From IMG/VR virus record IMGVR_UViG_3300029305_005254: DNA of 64,000 bases, one strand, 5' to 3'. The stretch comes from an uncultured virus (IMG/VR IMGVR_UViG_3300029305_005254) (Duplodnaviria > Heunggongvirae > Uroviricota > Caudoviricetes). How positions within the stretch are numbered: position 1 is the first letter of the stretch; each line of letters starts with the position of its first letter. The notes beneath the pieces were generated by a model. It worked only from the letters and a program-made list of their open reading frames with translations. It was not told the DNA's origin and searched no databases. Positions 48,559 through 58,803 of the stretch are shown in pieces. The translations under genes and the position numbers were made by a program.

Positions 48559-50658
48559 TTAATAAACAATCTCTTCTATATCTAAATCTTCCTTTAGACC
48601 AAGACCATCTATATAATCTGAGATAGACTCTAACTCTTCAAGTACACCATCGAAATCTTCCATCATACTACCCAAGATAGCTCTTTTTCTTCTATCTGTA
48701 CTCTTACCAAAAAGAACCTCAAGAACATCTACAAGCTCCATATCGTTACGCTCAATTTTGAGCTGTCTGAGATGTCTGGTCTCTGGATTGAGAGTAGTAT
48801 TCCAAAGAACATCTTCATCTGTCTCACCAAGTCCTTTAAAACGGTCAATTGAGAAGATGTTATGCTCTCCAATCTCTGCTCTCTTCTCTTCAAGCTCTTC
48901 ATTGTCCATACAATATATAGATGAGTTATCCTTACAGTTAATAACATACAATGGAGTATCTGCAATATATACTTTACCCTGATATAACAACTCTGGGAAT
49001 AACTTGTAGAAGATAAGAAAAAGCAATGTTAATATGTGCTTACCATCAATATCGGCATCGGCAAGAAGAATAATCTTTCCTACCCTTAACTTGGATATAT
49101 CAAAGGACTCATAACCATCTATTCCTAAATCTATACCACAACCTAATGATGCAATCATATCCCTAATCTCTCTATTAGCAATAAGCTTCTCAATAGAAGC
49201 CTTGTAAACATTGAGAGATTTACCTCTTATAGCCAAATAACACTGATAAGCAGAATTTCTTGCTGTCTTAACTCTACCACCTGCAGAATCACCCTCTACA
49301 ATAAAATACTCAACCTCAGATGCATTACCATTCTCATAAGCTTCACAAGAATTAAACTTATCTGAAGTCTTGTGTCTCTTTACAGACCTTTCAATTTCTT
49401 TAAGGTTCTTTGACATTTCAGCAATGGCGATACGATTTTGAGCATTTACAACGGTCTCTTCTACAATATTTGTTAACCACTCTGCACCCTTTGCATACTC
49501 AGTCTTTAATGTATTGTATACTGCAAGATACAAACAATCGTATATGAACTGGTCATCAAGGGAATCCTTAGTCTGACCTCTAACTGACATCTTGTTAGAT
49601 AGAGAAGAACTAATTATAGAAAACTTTCCTGAATAGTCAGTTTCCTTAATCTTAACACCTATATCTCTTGAGATATCATAGAAGAACTCTGCAAGAGCAT
49701 ATGTGTAAGATGAAGAGTGTACTCCACCATTTACCTCTACTCTATTGTGGAAGTATTCTGTACCCTTTCCTCCTGTTCCTATTACAACCTCAGCATCACA
49801 TACACAAATATCTCCCTCATTATCTACAACGTGAGAAATATTCTTACAGTAAACTGCGTGTTCTACTTCTGAAAGCATTTCTTCTAATAAGGTCTTACTT
49901 TCATAAACCTTAACCTTACCCTTGTTGTTGAAAGTTACATTGAAACCTGATATGTAAGAAATCTGCTTACATAACTTATCGAACCACTTTGATGGTATAT
50001 TAGTTTCTTTGAAAACCTTATCATCTGGCTTCCACTTTACATAAGTACCATTCTTCTCAGTAGTCTCAAAAACCTCAAGTTCATCAAGTATATGCTTACC
50101 ATCCTTGTAAAGCATTCTACTTGCTACACCATCTCTGTAAGAGATAACCTCAAAACTACTTGAAGAACACTGTGTAGCTGCTGCACCAAGTCCATTAAGA
50201 CCTATAGAAACCATACCCTGAAAATCTAGTATGTTAAAACTATCCCATGCGTTAGCTTCATCTATCTTCTTTAATATAGCCTGACGCTTAGCATCTCCAT
50301 ACTTACCACCTGCATATAATTCCTCATATATCAAGTAATAGTTCCAAGCACCCTTTTTCTCATTATAACCAAGTGGAACTCCTCTACCATAATCTCTGAT
50401 AGAGATTGAACCATCCTCATATAAGCCAACCTCAAGTGCATCTCCATAACCTGATAATCTCTCATCCTGAGCATTACCAACCATCTCGATTACAGTATGC
50501 TTTGCACCATCTAATCCTTTTGAACCGAGCAGTGCCTCTGGTCTTGTTCTTACCCTTTGTTCGTTGTCTAGAGTCTCGATTGAACTATCGTTATACTCCT
50601 CTGAATTGATTTCCTCTTTTAGAGAGTTTATAAAATCCTGTGAACTACTCATTTTCAT
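48559..50658 (-). CDS. type IIA topoisomerase subunit B (GyrB/ParE-like)
   Basis: EMVGNAQDE, DYGRGVP, GLNGLG, VEGDSAGG, IRGKSLNV, DADIDGKHI, RFKGLGE. Confidence 0.95.
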   Translation of the reverse strand: MKMSSSQDFINSLKEEINSEEYNDSSIETLDNEQRVRTRPEALLGSKGLDGAKHTVIEMVGNAQDERLSGYGDALEVGLYEDGSISIRDYGRGVPLGYNEKKGAWNYYLIYEELYAGGKYGDAKRQAILKKIDEANAWDSFNILDFQGMVSIGLNGLGAAATQCSSSSFEVISYRDGVASRMLYKDGKHILDELEVFETTEKNGTYVKWKPDDKVFKETNIPSKWFDKLCKQISYISGFNVTFNNKGKVKVYESKTLLEEMLSEVEHAVYCKNISHVVDNEGDICVCDAEVVIGTGGKGTEYFHNRVEVNGGVHSSSYTYALAEFFYDISRDIGVKIKETDYSGKFSIISSSLSNKMSVRGQTKDSLDDQFIYDCLYLAVYNTLKTEYAKGAEWLTNIVEETVVNAQNRIAIAEMSKNLKEIERSVKRHKTSDKFNSCEAYENGNASEVEYFIVEGDSAGGRVKTARNSAYQCYLAIRGKSLNVYKASIEKLIANREIRDMIASLGCGIDLGIDGYESFDISKLRVGKIILLADADIDGKHILTLLFLIFYKLFPELLYQGKVYIADTPLYVINCKDNSSIYCMDNEELEEKRAEIGEHNIFSIDRFKGLGETDEDVLWNTTLNPETRHLRQLKIERNDMELVDVLEVLFGKSTDRRKRAILGSMMEDFDGVLEELESISDYIDGLGLKEDLDIEEIVY

Positions 50659-50757
50659 ACCTCCTGTAGTCTTTAGTAAGTCCTATACTAACTATAACAC
50701 AAGTTTATAATAAATCACTGGAAAATAAAAGACCTTCTCAATAAAATTAAACAATTT

Positions 50758-50787
50758 AAAAACCCCTACCTTATTTAGATAGGGGTT
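50758..50787 (-). terminator. intrinsic terminator
   Basis: AACCCCTA / TAGGGGTT stem followed by U tract on minus strand. Confidence 0.75.
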
Positions 50788-50801
50788 AATCATAATTTTA
50801 A

Positions 50802-50975
50802 TTATGAACTCATAAAAGCATCATATTCTTGGTCAGATGCAAAATACATTGTTTTAGCCAACTCTGCCTTAGACTTGTAAACTGATACATGGTCATCTAT
50901 GAAAGAATCTATAATTTCACATCTTTCTTCATATGTATCTCCTTCATATAACTCTTGCACATCACCAGTTACCAT
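50802..50975 (-). CDS. small acidic hypothetical protein
   Basis: Start adjusted to MVTGD behind AAGGAGG. Confidence 0.7.
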   Translation of the reverse strand: MVTGDVQELYEGDTYEERCEIIDSFIDDHVSVYKSKAELAKTMYFASDQEYDAFMSS

Positions 50976-50997
50976 TATAACACCTCCTTTAATAATA

Positions 50998-51032
50998 GTA
51001 TAAGCCACCTATCAAAGATAAATGGCTTATAC
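50998..51032 (-). terminator. terminator-like hairpin after adhesin gene
   Basis: GTATAAGCCA / TGGCTTATAC inverted repeat. Confidence 0.65.
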
Positions 51033-51045
51033 CTGTCAATAAAGA

Positions 51046-54000
51046 CTAATTAGATAATTTCTTTCTAAATAATATTGTTACAATTCCTACTAGGGATAAT
51101 AGGGTTGCTAATAATACTAAAGTTGCTGGGAAAGTATCTCCTGTTGGAGGTCCTGGTTTATCAACAGATACAGTTTGATTTTCATCATTTATATCCTTGT
51201 GTTCTGCCACCAACTTTCCACTTTCAACTTCATAAATCTCTTCATAAACTACTAATTCTTTTCCTGAAATCTCAGTTGTGTTGAATGAGAATACAGTATC
51301 TACAGTTCCACTAGAATTTTCAGTAGTAAACTGTAACTTTGTCTCAACAACACCGTTTTCTGTTTCTAAAGGTTTACCTGTTGACTTATCGATTAAGATA
51401 CCTCTTACTTCGTAAGTAAGATTTGGTGCTAAACCTGAATAAGTTATTCTATCAACCACAGAAACATCGATACCAAATGGTAACTTCTTTGAGCCATCAC
51501 TTAAGCTTGCTACAGTAGTAATCTCTGGGAAATAAACTGTCTGACCTTCATCATCTATATCAGCGTGAGTAGCAACCTCTAAATCATTATAATATAATGT
51601 CTCGAATACTACTACTGCATCTCCCCTTAAAGCACTACCATTAAAAGTATAAGTAAGCTCTACAAAATCTTCAGCCTTCTCAGGCTTAAAAGTAACCTCG
51701 CTAGTAATTTCTTTACCATCTACAAGTAAAGGCTTTCCTGTACTCTTTAACATAAGAATACCTTTGATAGTATATTCTTCTTCTGGTACAAGATTCTTAT
51801 AGTTTACAGTATCTATGATAGTTACCTCTTCATCTGCATAAGATACATTAGTCTCAGTTTCACTATCTCTAGCCGTAGTACCAATCTCTGGTTCTGGGAA
51901 ATCTACTGTTTGGTTCTCATCATTTATATCTGAGTGAGTAGCTATAAGTTTATCACCGTAGTACATATCCTCAAATACAACAATAGTCTTACCTCTTAAG
52001 TTAATAGAGTTCATTGTATACTCAAGCTTTACACTTCCTGATGTATTATCAGCTGTGAAAGTAGTCTCAGCAACAACTGTTTTACCATCTATAAGTAATG
52101 GAGCTTTTGTTTCCTTGTCCATTATTATACCCTTGATTGTATATTTCTTACCTGCTAATACATTAGTATATTCTATAGTATCAACAATTGTAATCTCTTT
52201 GTCAAGAGTTGATGTGTGGTCAAGAGTCTCTGAGTCAATAGCTGTAGTACCTATCTTTGGAACTGTAATAGTCTGACCTAAAGCACCTATATCTGCGTGT
52301 TCTGCAATAAGTACATCGTCATAATAAAGCTCTTCAAATACTACAAACTCTGTACCTTTTAAATCTGTAGAATCAAACTCAAAGGTAACATCTACAGTTG
52401 AATCCTTTATTGTAGGAGTGAAAGTTACTTCCTCTGTAACTTCCTTACCATTAACCATTACTGGCTTTCCTGTAGCCTTATCCATTAAGATACCCTTTAA
52501 TGTATACTGGTTTCCTACTGGAAGATTAGTATATTCTACAGTATCTATAATCTTAGCATCTTCACTAGCAAGTGATATATGATCTCTAGTAACAGTATCA
52601 ATAGCTGTGGTAGAAATCTCTGGGAAGTATATCATCTCGTTTGTATCAGTTAAGTCAGCATTGTGCTCAATGAACAAACTACCATTCCAATACACCTTCT
52701 GTACTATTACAACAGATTTACCCTTAAGTTGGTTAGCATTAAATGTAAACTCTACTTCAAGGTCTCCCTCTCTATCTGAGGTAGTAAAATACTGTTTAGT
52801 AACAACTGGCTTTCCATCTAAACCTAAAACTGGTTCTCCGGTCTCAGCTATATATAAAGCACCTTCGATACGATACTCATAGTTCTTATTGAAACCTTTA
52901 TACCATACCTTATCTACAATAGTTACCTCACCATTAGCTATGCCTACCTGACTGTCTGTACCCTTGATAGATGCTTTTGTGTCTAATGATACAAAATAGA
53001 TTGTCTGAGCCTCATCGTTAATATCCTTATGCTCTGTAACTAATACCCATTGGTCATTTACCTTTTGATATAACTCTTCATACACTACAAATGTACAACC
53101 CCTATATGCTGTTGCATCGAAGTTAAATACATTATCTATCTTACCATCTACATTATGGTCTGAAAGACTAGATGACGCTGGAGTAGTAAATTCAGCTGTC
53201 TCTGCTACAATAGGGTTATTATTAGCATCTACTACCTGAAGTCCAGTGTTCTTATCCATTAAGTAACCCCTAACTTTATAAGTAGTATTAATAGTAAGAT
53301 GCTTATAAGTTACAGTGTCAATAATCTGAGCATTTCTTACAGCCATTGCTGTATCTGTAAGAGTAGCACCGTCTTTAGCTTCGGTATCTATTATAGGGTA
53401 AGGCATATTAGTTATTGTACCTATCTGCTTAATGATACCGTGGTCTGTAGCTGTAATACTAAATTCAAAAGTCTCTAGAGTCTTTCCTTCGTTAGCATCA
53501 CATCTTAACTCTCTTACGATATAATTATCATAAGGAAGAGCCCCCTTGCTATTATCAACCTTAGTTACATCACCAAACCATATTCCCGTTACACTACCAT
53601 TATTATAATCAGTTAAGTTATCATTACTGTTAGTGCTAAGAGTGTGAGGTACAAAACTACTAGATGTTGTAGCAATACCTTGGTCGTTTGTGTAAATAAC
53701 GTGCTTTTCTCCTGTAGTTAAAGATTCGATTTCGAAAGGAATGTTCGCCATCACCTCTCTAGTTTCATAATCCATCTTTACAAATAAGAAATCACCTCTG
53801 ATTGGCTGTTCACTTATAGCTATTTCACCACCATCTAGGGGTTGATTCAATACATTAAAAGTACCAATATCTCCGTTAGATTCCTTTATTTGAAGAATAA
53901 CCTTGTTGTTTGTATAAACACCACCTTTGTTATCTTCAATATAAACCCCTTCCTTGGTATAACCTTCTGGAGCTGTATACTCTTCAAGAGTAAGAGTACC

Positions 54001-56664
54001 TAAAGGAATTATGTACTCCCCACCATACTCATATAAATCACTACTAGGATACTCAGAACTGCTAACCAAATGAGTAGGGTTTAAATTAACCTCATAAAAA
54101 CCTGTTTTAGGATTTTTTATAGTTTTTAAATACCAAGTAGCTTTTGCTGTCTTCCCATCTATACTATCTAAAGTATCATAGTAACAAATTTTGAATATTG
54201 CATTTTCAAGACCACCTGCTCCTTGAACAGCTGTATTTGTTTCTGCATCTTTCTTGTTAATTACAATAGAAAACGGGTCATTCTCAAAAGGTTCTTTAGC
54301 AACTATATTGTTGCCTTTTGTTTCTTCTGGGTTTACACTTAAATGTACTTTAAACTCTTCATAGCTTAAACAATAATGACCGTCATCAGGTTCTTTAGTC
54401 TCCATTACAATGTAATACCCATAAGGTAACTTCATTGTATTCGAACCAACATTATCAGAATAGTAAATATTCTGAGTAACCTTTGCATCACCATTATTAT
54501 TGATAATTTTAAACTTACCTACTATCTTACCTGACTCTTTGGTAGCAGTCGCACTTGAAACTTCCCATACTGTATATTCTGAACCAGTTAAATCATACAT
54601 ATTATTGTTATCCGTAACTGCAGGGTCTACAGACTCTTTAACTAATTTCAAGTCTTCAGTGTCTTCACTCTCTATAGAATTTACTAATGCTGGGGATGTT
54701 GGAGTCTTATCTGAAGTTATTGATACACTGTAAGTATTAGTATCTATGCTATAACAATAACGCTTTACACCATTTTTTATTATATATGATGCTTCTACTT
54801 CTTTTACTGTATAGTTACCTACAGGTAGCTTTAATATTGTATGAGTATCGGTTGTTGCAACATAACTACCCTCAACGTGAGGAGTTTTTGTAGCAACACT
54901 GTTATTGTAATAATCATATACAACATGACCTGTACCATTCTCATCTGTTTCAAACTTCGCTACTACATTACCATTGACATCATACACATTGTATGTTGCT
55001 CTTTTTAGAGTATAATCTGTTCTACCGTTAACAATAGTAGGGTTTTTAGGAGATTTTTTAAGTGACAAATAACCTTCTACTGGACTTACATTAACAGAAC
55101 CTGATTTAGATACATTAACACCCCATGGCATAGCAAGAGCCTGTACATCAAACCAATTACCACTATCACTTTGTACTCTGAAAGCTGGGTCCATTATACC
55201 TACACATTCAATGTAATAACCTGTCTCTGTAGCATTATTTGTTGCAGATTCAACAGTAATAGTCCCTGAAATATTCGCATTTAAAGGGGCTGTAAAATAA
55301 AATTCTCTTACAACTTCCCCACCATTACCATCAGAAACAAAACCTAGCCAATCTGTAGTAGAATTAGATTTTGTTTTCCAAACCCAGTTACCATTTGCAT
55401 CTTTTGTCTTATAATGAAAATCTAATCCTGCTGGATAAGTAATCTTAGCTTGTATATTAGGGGTTCCTGTCTTTACAGTTAAAGTTTGAGATTTCTGCAC
55501 ATTTCCGTCTATAGAAAAACTTATGCTATTTAAGCCTGATACCACAAAACTGCTTGATGTAGGGGATGTTCTGTTGCTAGGATTTGACCTCTCTACACTT
55601 AAAGAACCATTTACCCCGTAATATGTTCCTGAATCATTGACTCCTGAACCATAAGGTAAACCACTCATAACTGCATTTGGTTCTTTTCCTTTAGCTATCT
55701 CCCAATAAACATCATTCATTGAACTTGAGTAATCCCAAGTTAAATTCCAATCTCTATCAGTTGTAGCATAATAAGAATCATGCCAATCAAAAGGAGTAGG
55801 ATTTGCAGACTCGCAACAAGTTAAATATAAAGTTCTTCCACCATAGTTCCAAGTGGCTACCAAAGGTTCAGTAGCATGAATTACATTTATAGGATACCAC
55901 TTAGATGAATTATCATAACTATCGTGAATATAAAAACTATAACTTCCACTTGTACCTAAAGCATAATCACTAGGCATCTCTGATTCTTCAGCAATACTAT
56001 TAAAGAAATCTTCATAATAAACCTCAAATTCTTCAATAGTCATATTGAATATAATCTGTATATCATCTTCTGGTAAATCTAATAAGTATTCTTGCGGCTC
56101 ATCTTCCAATAACAGATGAATCATTTCCTTTAAGAAATCTTCTTTCTCAAGACCAAAATACTGCTTTATCTGATCATTAGAAAGTTTCTTAAACCACTCT
56201 CGATACTCTACATTAGTAAGAGTATTCTTAAAGAAACTCATCTTTTCTACTTCGGTCATATCCGTATAAGATATAATACCTTGCTCTACCTCTTCAATTA
56301 AAGTTAACTCTTTAACCTCTTCGGTAGTTACTTCCTCAGTAGATACTTCCTCAGTAGAAATTTCTTCTGAGATAACTTCCTCTGTAACCTCTTCTGTAGA
56401 AACCTCTTCTGTAGAAACCTCTGTAGTTTCCTCTGTAGATACAACTTCTGTTGTACTTTCTGTAGTTGCTTCTGTAGTCGTAACTTCTTCAGTTGACAAC
56501 TCTGTAGTAACTTCTTCTGAAGTGTTTTCTGTAACATCTACTTCTAACTCTGTACTATCTATTGAACCTTCAGCTCGAGTACTTACCCCACTGCTTAATG
56601 CCGTATTAAATAGTAAGATGAAAGAAAGAACTAAAGATGCTACTCTCTTATAATTCCTCTTCAC
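51046..56664 (-). CDS. cell-wall-anchored adhesin (signal peptide, SpaA/CnaB-like domains, six VaFE/T-Q ester-bond repeats, LPxTG-like signal)
   Basis: Signal peptide; E/T-rich linker; VKEVEA/ETKEP/EYTAPEGY pilin-type motifs; VVFE..HxDxxDxxQT repeats; PPTGD + TM + RKK tail. Confidence 0.92.
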   Translation of the reverse strand: MKRNYKRVASLVLSFILLFNTALSSGVSTRAEGSIDSTELEVDVTENTSEEVTTELSTEEVTTTEATTESTTEVVSTEETTEVSTEEVSTEEVTEEVISEEISTEEVSTEEVTTEEVKELTLIEEVEQGIISYTDMTEVEKMSFFKNTLTNVEYREWFKKLSNDQIKQYFGLEKEDFLKEMIHLLLEDEPQEYLLDLPEDDIQIIFNMTIEEFEVYYEDFFNSIAEESEMPSDYALGTSGSYSFYIHDSYDNSSKWYPINVIHATEPLVATWNYGGRTLYLTCCESANPTPFDWHDSYYATTDRDWNLTWDYSSSMNDVYWEIAKGKEPNAVMSGLPYGSGVNDSGTYYGVNGSLSVERSNPSNRTSPTSSSFVVSGLNSISFSIDGNVQKSQTLTVKTGTPNIQAKITYPAGLDFHYKTKDANGNWVWKTKSNSTTDWLGFVSDGNGGEVVREFYFTAPLNANISGTITVESATNNATETGYYIECVGIMDPAFRVQSDSGNWFDVQALAMPWGVNVSKSGSVNVSPVEGYLSLKKSPKNPTIVNGRTDYTLKRATYNVYDVNGNVVAKFETDENGTGHVVYDYYNNSVATKTPHVEGSYVATTDTHTILKLPVGNYTVKEVEASYIIKNGVKRYCYSIDTNTYSVSITSDKTPTSPALVNSIESEDTEDLKLVKESVDPAVTDNNNMYDLTGSEYTVWEVSSATATKESGKIVGKFKIINNNGDAKVTQNIYYSDNVGSNTMKLPYGYYIVMETKEPDDGHYCLSYEEFKVHLSVNPEETKGNNIVAKEPFENDPFSIVINKKDAETNTAVQGAGGLENAIFKICYYDTLDSIDGKTAKATWYLKTIKNPKTGFYEVNLNPTHLVSSSEYPSSDLYEYGGEYIIPLGTLTLEEYTAPEGYTKEGVYIEDNKGGVYTNNKVILQIKESNGDIGTFNVLNQPLDGGEIAISEQPIRGDFLFVKMDYETREVMANIPFEIESLTTGEKHVIYTNDQGIATTSSSFVPHTLSTNSNDNLTDYNNGSVTGIWFGDVTKVDNSKGALPYDNYIVRELRCDANEGKTLETFEFSITATDHGIIKQIGTITNMPYPIIDTEAKDGATLTDTAMAVRNAQIIDTVTYKHLTINTTYKVRGYLMDKNTGLQVVDANNNPIVAETAEFTTPASSSLSDHNVDGKIDNVFNFDATAYRGCTFVVYEELYQKVNDQWVLVTEHKDINDEAQTIYFVSLDTKASIKGTDSQVGIANGEVTIVDKVWYKGFNKNYEYRIEGALYIAETGEPVLGLDGKPVVTKQYFTTSDREGDLEVEFTFNANQLKGKSVVIVQKVYWNGSLFIEHNADLTDTNEMIYFPEISTTAIDTVTRDHISLASEDAKIIDTVEYTNLPVGNQYTLKGILMDKATGKPVMVNGKEVTEEVTFTPTIKDSTVDVTFEFDSTDLKGTEFVVFEELYYDDVLIAEHADIGALGQTITVPKIGTTAIDSETLDHTSTLDKEITIVDTIEYTNVLAGKKYTIKGIIMDKETKAPLLIDGKTVVAETTFTADNTSGSVKLEYTMNSINLRGKTIVVFEDMYYGDKLIATHSDINDENQTVDFPEPEIGTTARDSETETNVSYADEEVTIIDTVNYKNLVPEEEYTIKGILMLKSTGKPLLVDGKEITSEVTFKPEKAEDFVELTYTFNGSALRGDAVVVFETLYYNDLEVATHADIDDEGQTVYFPEITTVASLSDGSKKLPFGIDVSVVDRITYSGLAPNLTYEVRGILIDKSTGKPLETENGVVETKLQFTTENSSGTVDTVFSFNTTEISGKELVVYEEIYEVESGKLVAEHKDINDENQTVSVDKPGPPTGDTFPATLVLLATLLSLVGIVTILFRKKLSN
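51150..53400 (-). repeat. six ~120-aa VaFE/T-Q Ig-like repeats
   Basis: EHKDINDEAQT, EHNADLTDTNEM, EHADIGALGQT, THSDINDENQT, THADIDDEGQT, EHKDINDENQT. Confidence 0.85.
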
Positions 56665-56763
56665 AATAATTCTCCTTTCGCTGTCAACCTCTTTATCCCT
56701 ATTTAATTGTAAAGTTTATTAAAAAATCATCTCCTATCTTTAAGTGACATTAATAAAACATAA

Positions 56764-56868
56764 AGACACCCTTTTTACCATTTAAGCAAAAAGGGGTGTC
56801 TATAATGCCTACCATATTTGTAGTAGGCATATTTATATGTAAACCCTCCCATAAGGGAAGTGTTTTAC
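56764..56868 (-). promoter_or_regulatory. three consecutive hairpins upstream of the adhesin gene
   Basis: Stems at 56764-56801, 56805-56830, 56839-56868. Confidence 0.6.
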
Positions 56869-56872
56869 CTAA

Positions 56873-57784
56873 TTAGTTGGAGCTGTAAAGTACAGCTCCA
56901 CAATCAGAACATACTATCTTGTTTATGTACTCTGTCCAAGCTTCCTGTACACAAACTTCCTTAGTTTCGTAAACTGCGTCGTGGTGAATATAATCCACTA
57001 TTATTTCATCTGCATGGTATGAAGAACCACCTTGACAGAAATATGTATGAGTGTTATAATCTTTGTTAGGGAAGTTTGCGGTGAGGTCCATACCACATCC
57101 ATTACAAAAACTGTGTACCTCTTTTATAGGCTCATCGTAAGCCTCCTGCACACATACAGTCTTAGTTTCATACACTGCTGGGTGCTCGATAGTTTCAGTT
57201 ACATCTGTTCTATGACTGTGGTTGCACTCGCTGTGCTCCTCAGTTGTTGTAGATTCAGTTGTTGTAGCCTCTGTAGTAGGCTGCTCAGTAGTTGTTGGGG
57301 ACTCAGGCTTTGTATCCTCATTGTTAGGCTTCTCAGTAGTCTGTGGCTTCTCACCACCATTTCCACCACTTGGCTGTGTACTAGGTGCCTCAGTAGTTGC
57401 TGAACCACTATTACCACCCTCGCTTGAATTACCCTCCTCATTTGTACTATCTGGCTTTTCACCACTAGTTGCTGAGCCTGAACCCTCAGCAGTCTCTGTT
57501 GAACTATCTGGCTTTGTTCCTTCAGTAGTATTTACTACAACCTGTGTAGTAGTTCCATTCTCATCAACAACCTCAACTACTACATTTTCAGTAGAACTAT
57601 CGGTGTCGGTGGAATCAAGGAAAGTTGCTACCTGTACACAACCCTCACTGCCCATACCTTTTATTTTATTAGCCTCGCTATCTGCTATTCCGATACCTAC
57701 TCTAACTATCACACAAGCTACAATACCTGCACAAATTAATGTTCTTCTTCTAAATACCTTATCTTCTTTAAATAACTTTCTCAT
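56873..57784 (-). CDS. membrane-anchored exported protein with S/T/E-rich linker and Cys/His-rich tip
   Basis: N-terminal TM; HPAVYETKTVCVQEAY / HDAVYETKEVCVQEAW repeat; CNGC, CSDC. Confidence 0.85.
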   Translation of the reverse strand: MRKLFKEDKVFRRRTLICAGIVACVIVRVGIGIADSEANKIKGMGSEGCVQVATFLDSTDTDSSTENVVVEVVDENGTTTQVVVNTTEGTKPDSSTETAEGSGSATSGEKPDSTNEEGNSSEGGNSGSATTEAPSTQPSGGNGGEKPQTTEKPNNEDTKPESPTTTEQPTTEATTTESTTTEEHSECNHSHRTDVTETIEHPAVYETKTVCVQEAYDEPIKEVHSFCNGCGMDLTANFPNKDYNTHTYFCQGGSSYHADEIIVDYIHHDAVYETKEVCVQEAWTEYINKIVCSDCGAVLYSSN

Positions 57785-57817
57785 AATAATTACCTCCTAA
57801 ACGATTTATTTGAGTAT

Positions 57818-57846
57818 ATATTACCACATATCTCAAATAATTACAA
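57818..57846 (-). promoter_or_regulatory. sigmaA-type promoter overlapped by an inverted repeat
   Basis: TTGTAA-17-TAATAT with TG extension; TTATTTGAG (57806-57814) / CTCAAATAA (57832-57840) brackets the -10. Confidence 0.65.
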
Positions 57847-57921
57847 CCCACTTGTAAAATTTTTATATACCTTTGTAATAAAGGTTTTTCATTTATAACC
57901 TTTACTAACTAAACTAAATAT

Positions 57922-57950
57922 ACTATACCATATATTAAAGTAAGTTGCAA
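57922..57950 (-). promoter_or_regulatory. sigmaA-type promoter
   Basis: TTGCAA-17-TATAGT with TG extension. Confidence 0.7.
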
Positions 57951-57975
57951 TATACATTAGAAAATAATAACAATA

Positions 57976-58800
57976 TTAAGAAAATAAATCCCTTACTGCA
58001 ACACTGTTCCTACCTTCTAAAGATTTATTCTCAACACCCAACAAACCATTAATATATGATGAGTGTTCCTTATTTTTAGAACTTTTATACTTTACAAACA
58101 CAGGTTTTGCAAGAGAGTAACTACTCTCATTGCTAAAACCTAATAGTGCACTACATGCCTCTATTGTCCAAGTAGAAAGAAATATTGTCGCTTTACCCTT
58201 TAGAGCTCTTGTCTGCATTAAGCCTTTAGCACTAGAAATATCTCCTAAAGTGCTACCTTCATTTATTAACATAAAGAGAACATCAGCATTGTAAAAGTTA
58301 TCTAAAGAATTACGAGTATCTAAAGATAATCTGCTATATTCTGAACAAGTTATGAACTTACCAACTGACAAGCCACTTAAATATGCCTTTGCCAACATAG
58401 GATATGCAAATCGTTCTAACTTACCCTTTATACTTAATCCAAAACAGTAGCTCTCTTCCGGTTTAACACCAGTTGTTAAACCCAAATATAAATTTTCTGC
58501 TACTTCCTTCTGCCATTCTATAGACTCTTCTTCTATGAAGATTTTCTCGCCCTCTGGTATTACTGCATCATACACAAATTTAGTTGTTAAAAATTCATTC
58601 TCAATACCCAATACGGTGGATAGAGGAACTGTCTCATCTGTTTCTGTCTCTACATACCCTTGCTTTAGCAATTCTCTTTTTCTTGCTGAGCAATGAGGAC
58701 AATCAACCATAACCTTAGTATTCACATCAAGTATCTTACCATTAATGTTACAATGGTATGGGCAGTCATCATAATGATTTTTAGCTAATAATTTAGACAT
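57976..58800 (-). CDS. DnaC/DnaI-like helicase-loader homolog with degenerate P-loop
   Basis: N-terminal CPYHC..CPHC Zn motif; ADVLFMLINE Walker B-like; RALKGKATIFLST. Confidence 0.5.
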   Translation of the reverse strand: MSKLLAKNHYDDCPYHCNINGKILDVNTKVMVDCPHCSARKRELLKQGYVETETDETVPLSTVLGIENEFLTTKFVYDAVIPEGEKIFIEEESIEWQKEVAENLYLGLTTGVKPEESYCFGLSIKGKLERFAYPMLAKAYLSGLSVGKFITCSEYSRLSLDTRNSLDNFYNADVLFMLINEGSTLGDISSAKGLMQTRALKGKATIFLSTWTIEACSALLGFSNESSYSLAKPVFVKYKSSKNKEHSSYINGLLGVENKSLEGRNSVAVRDLFS

Positions 58801-58803
58801 TTA

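Noticed and set aside
1863..50658. Inteins or introns in helicases, polymerase and topoisomerase
   Set aside because: Catalytic motifs show normal spacing; no intein splice motifs or interrupted frames noticed
56290..56560. Short tandem repeats (EEVSTEEV)
   Set aside because: Explained by the low-complexity linker of the adhesin; the overlapping 56328-56537 ORF is a frame artefact
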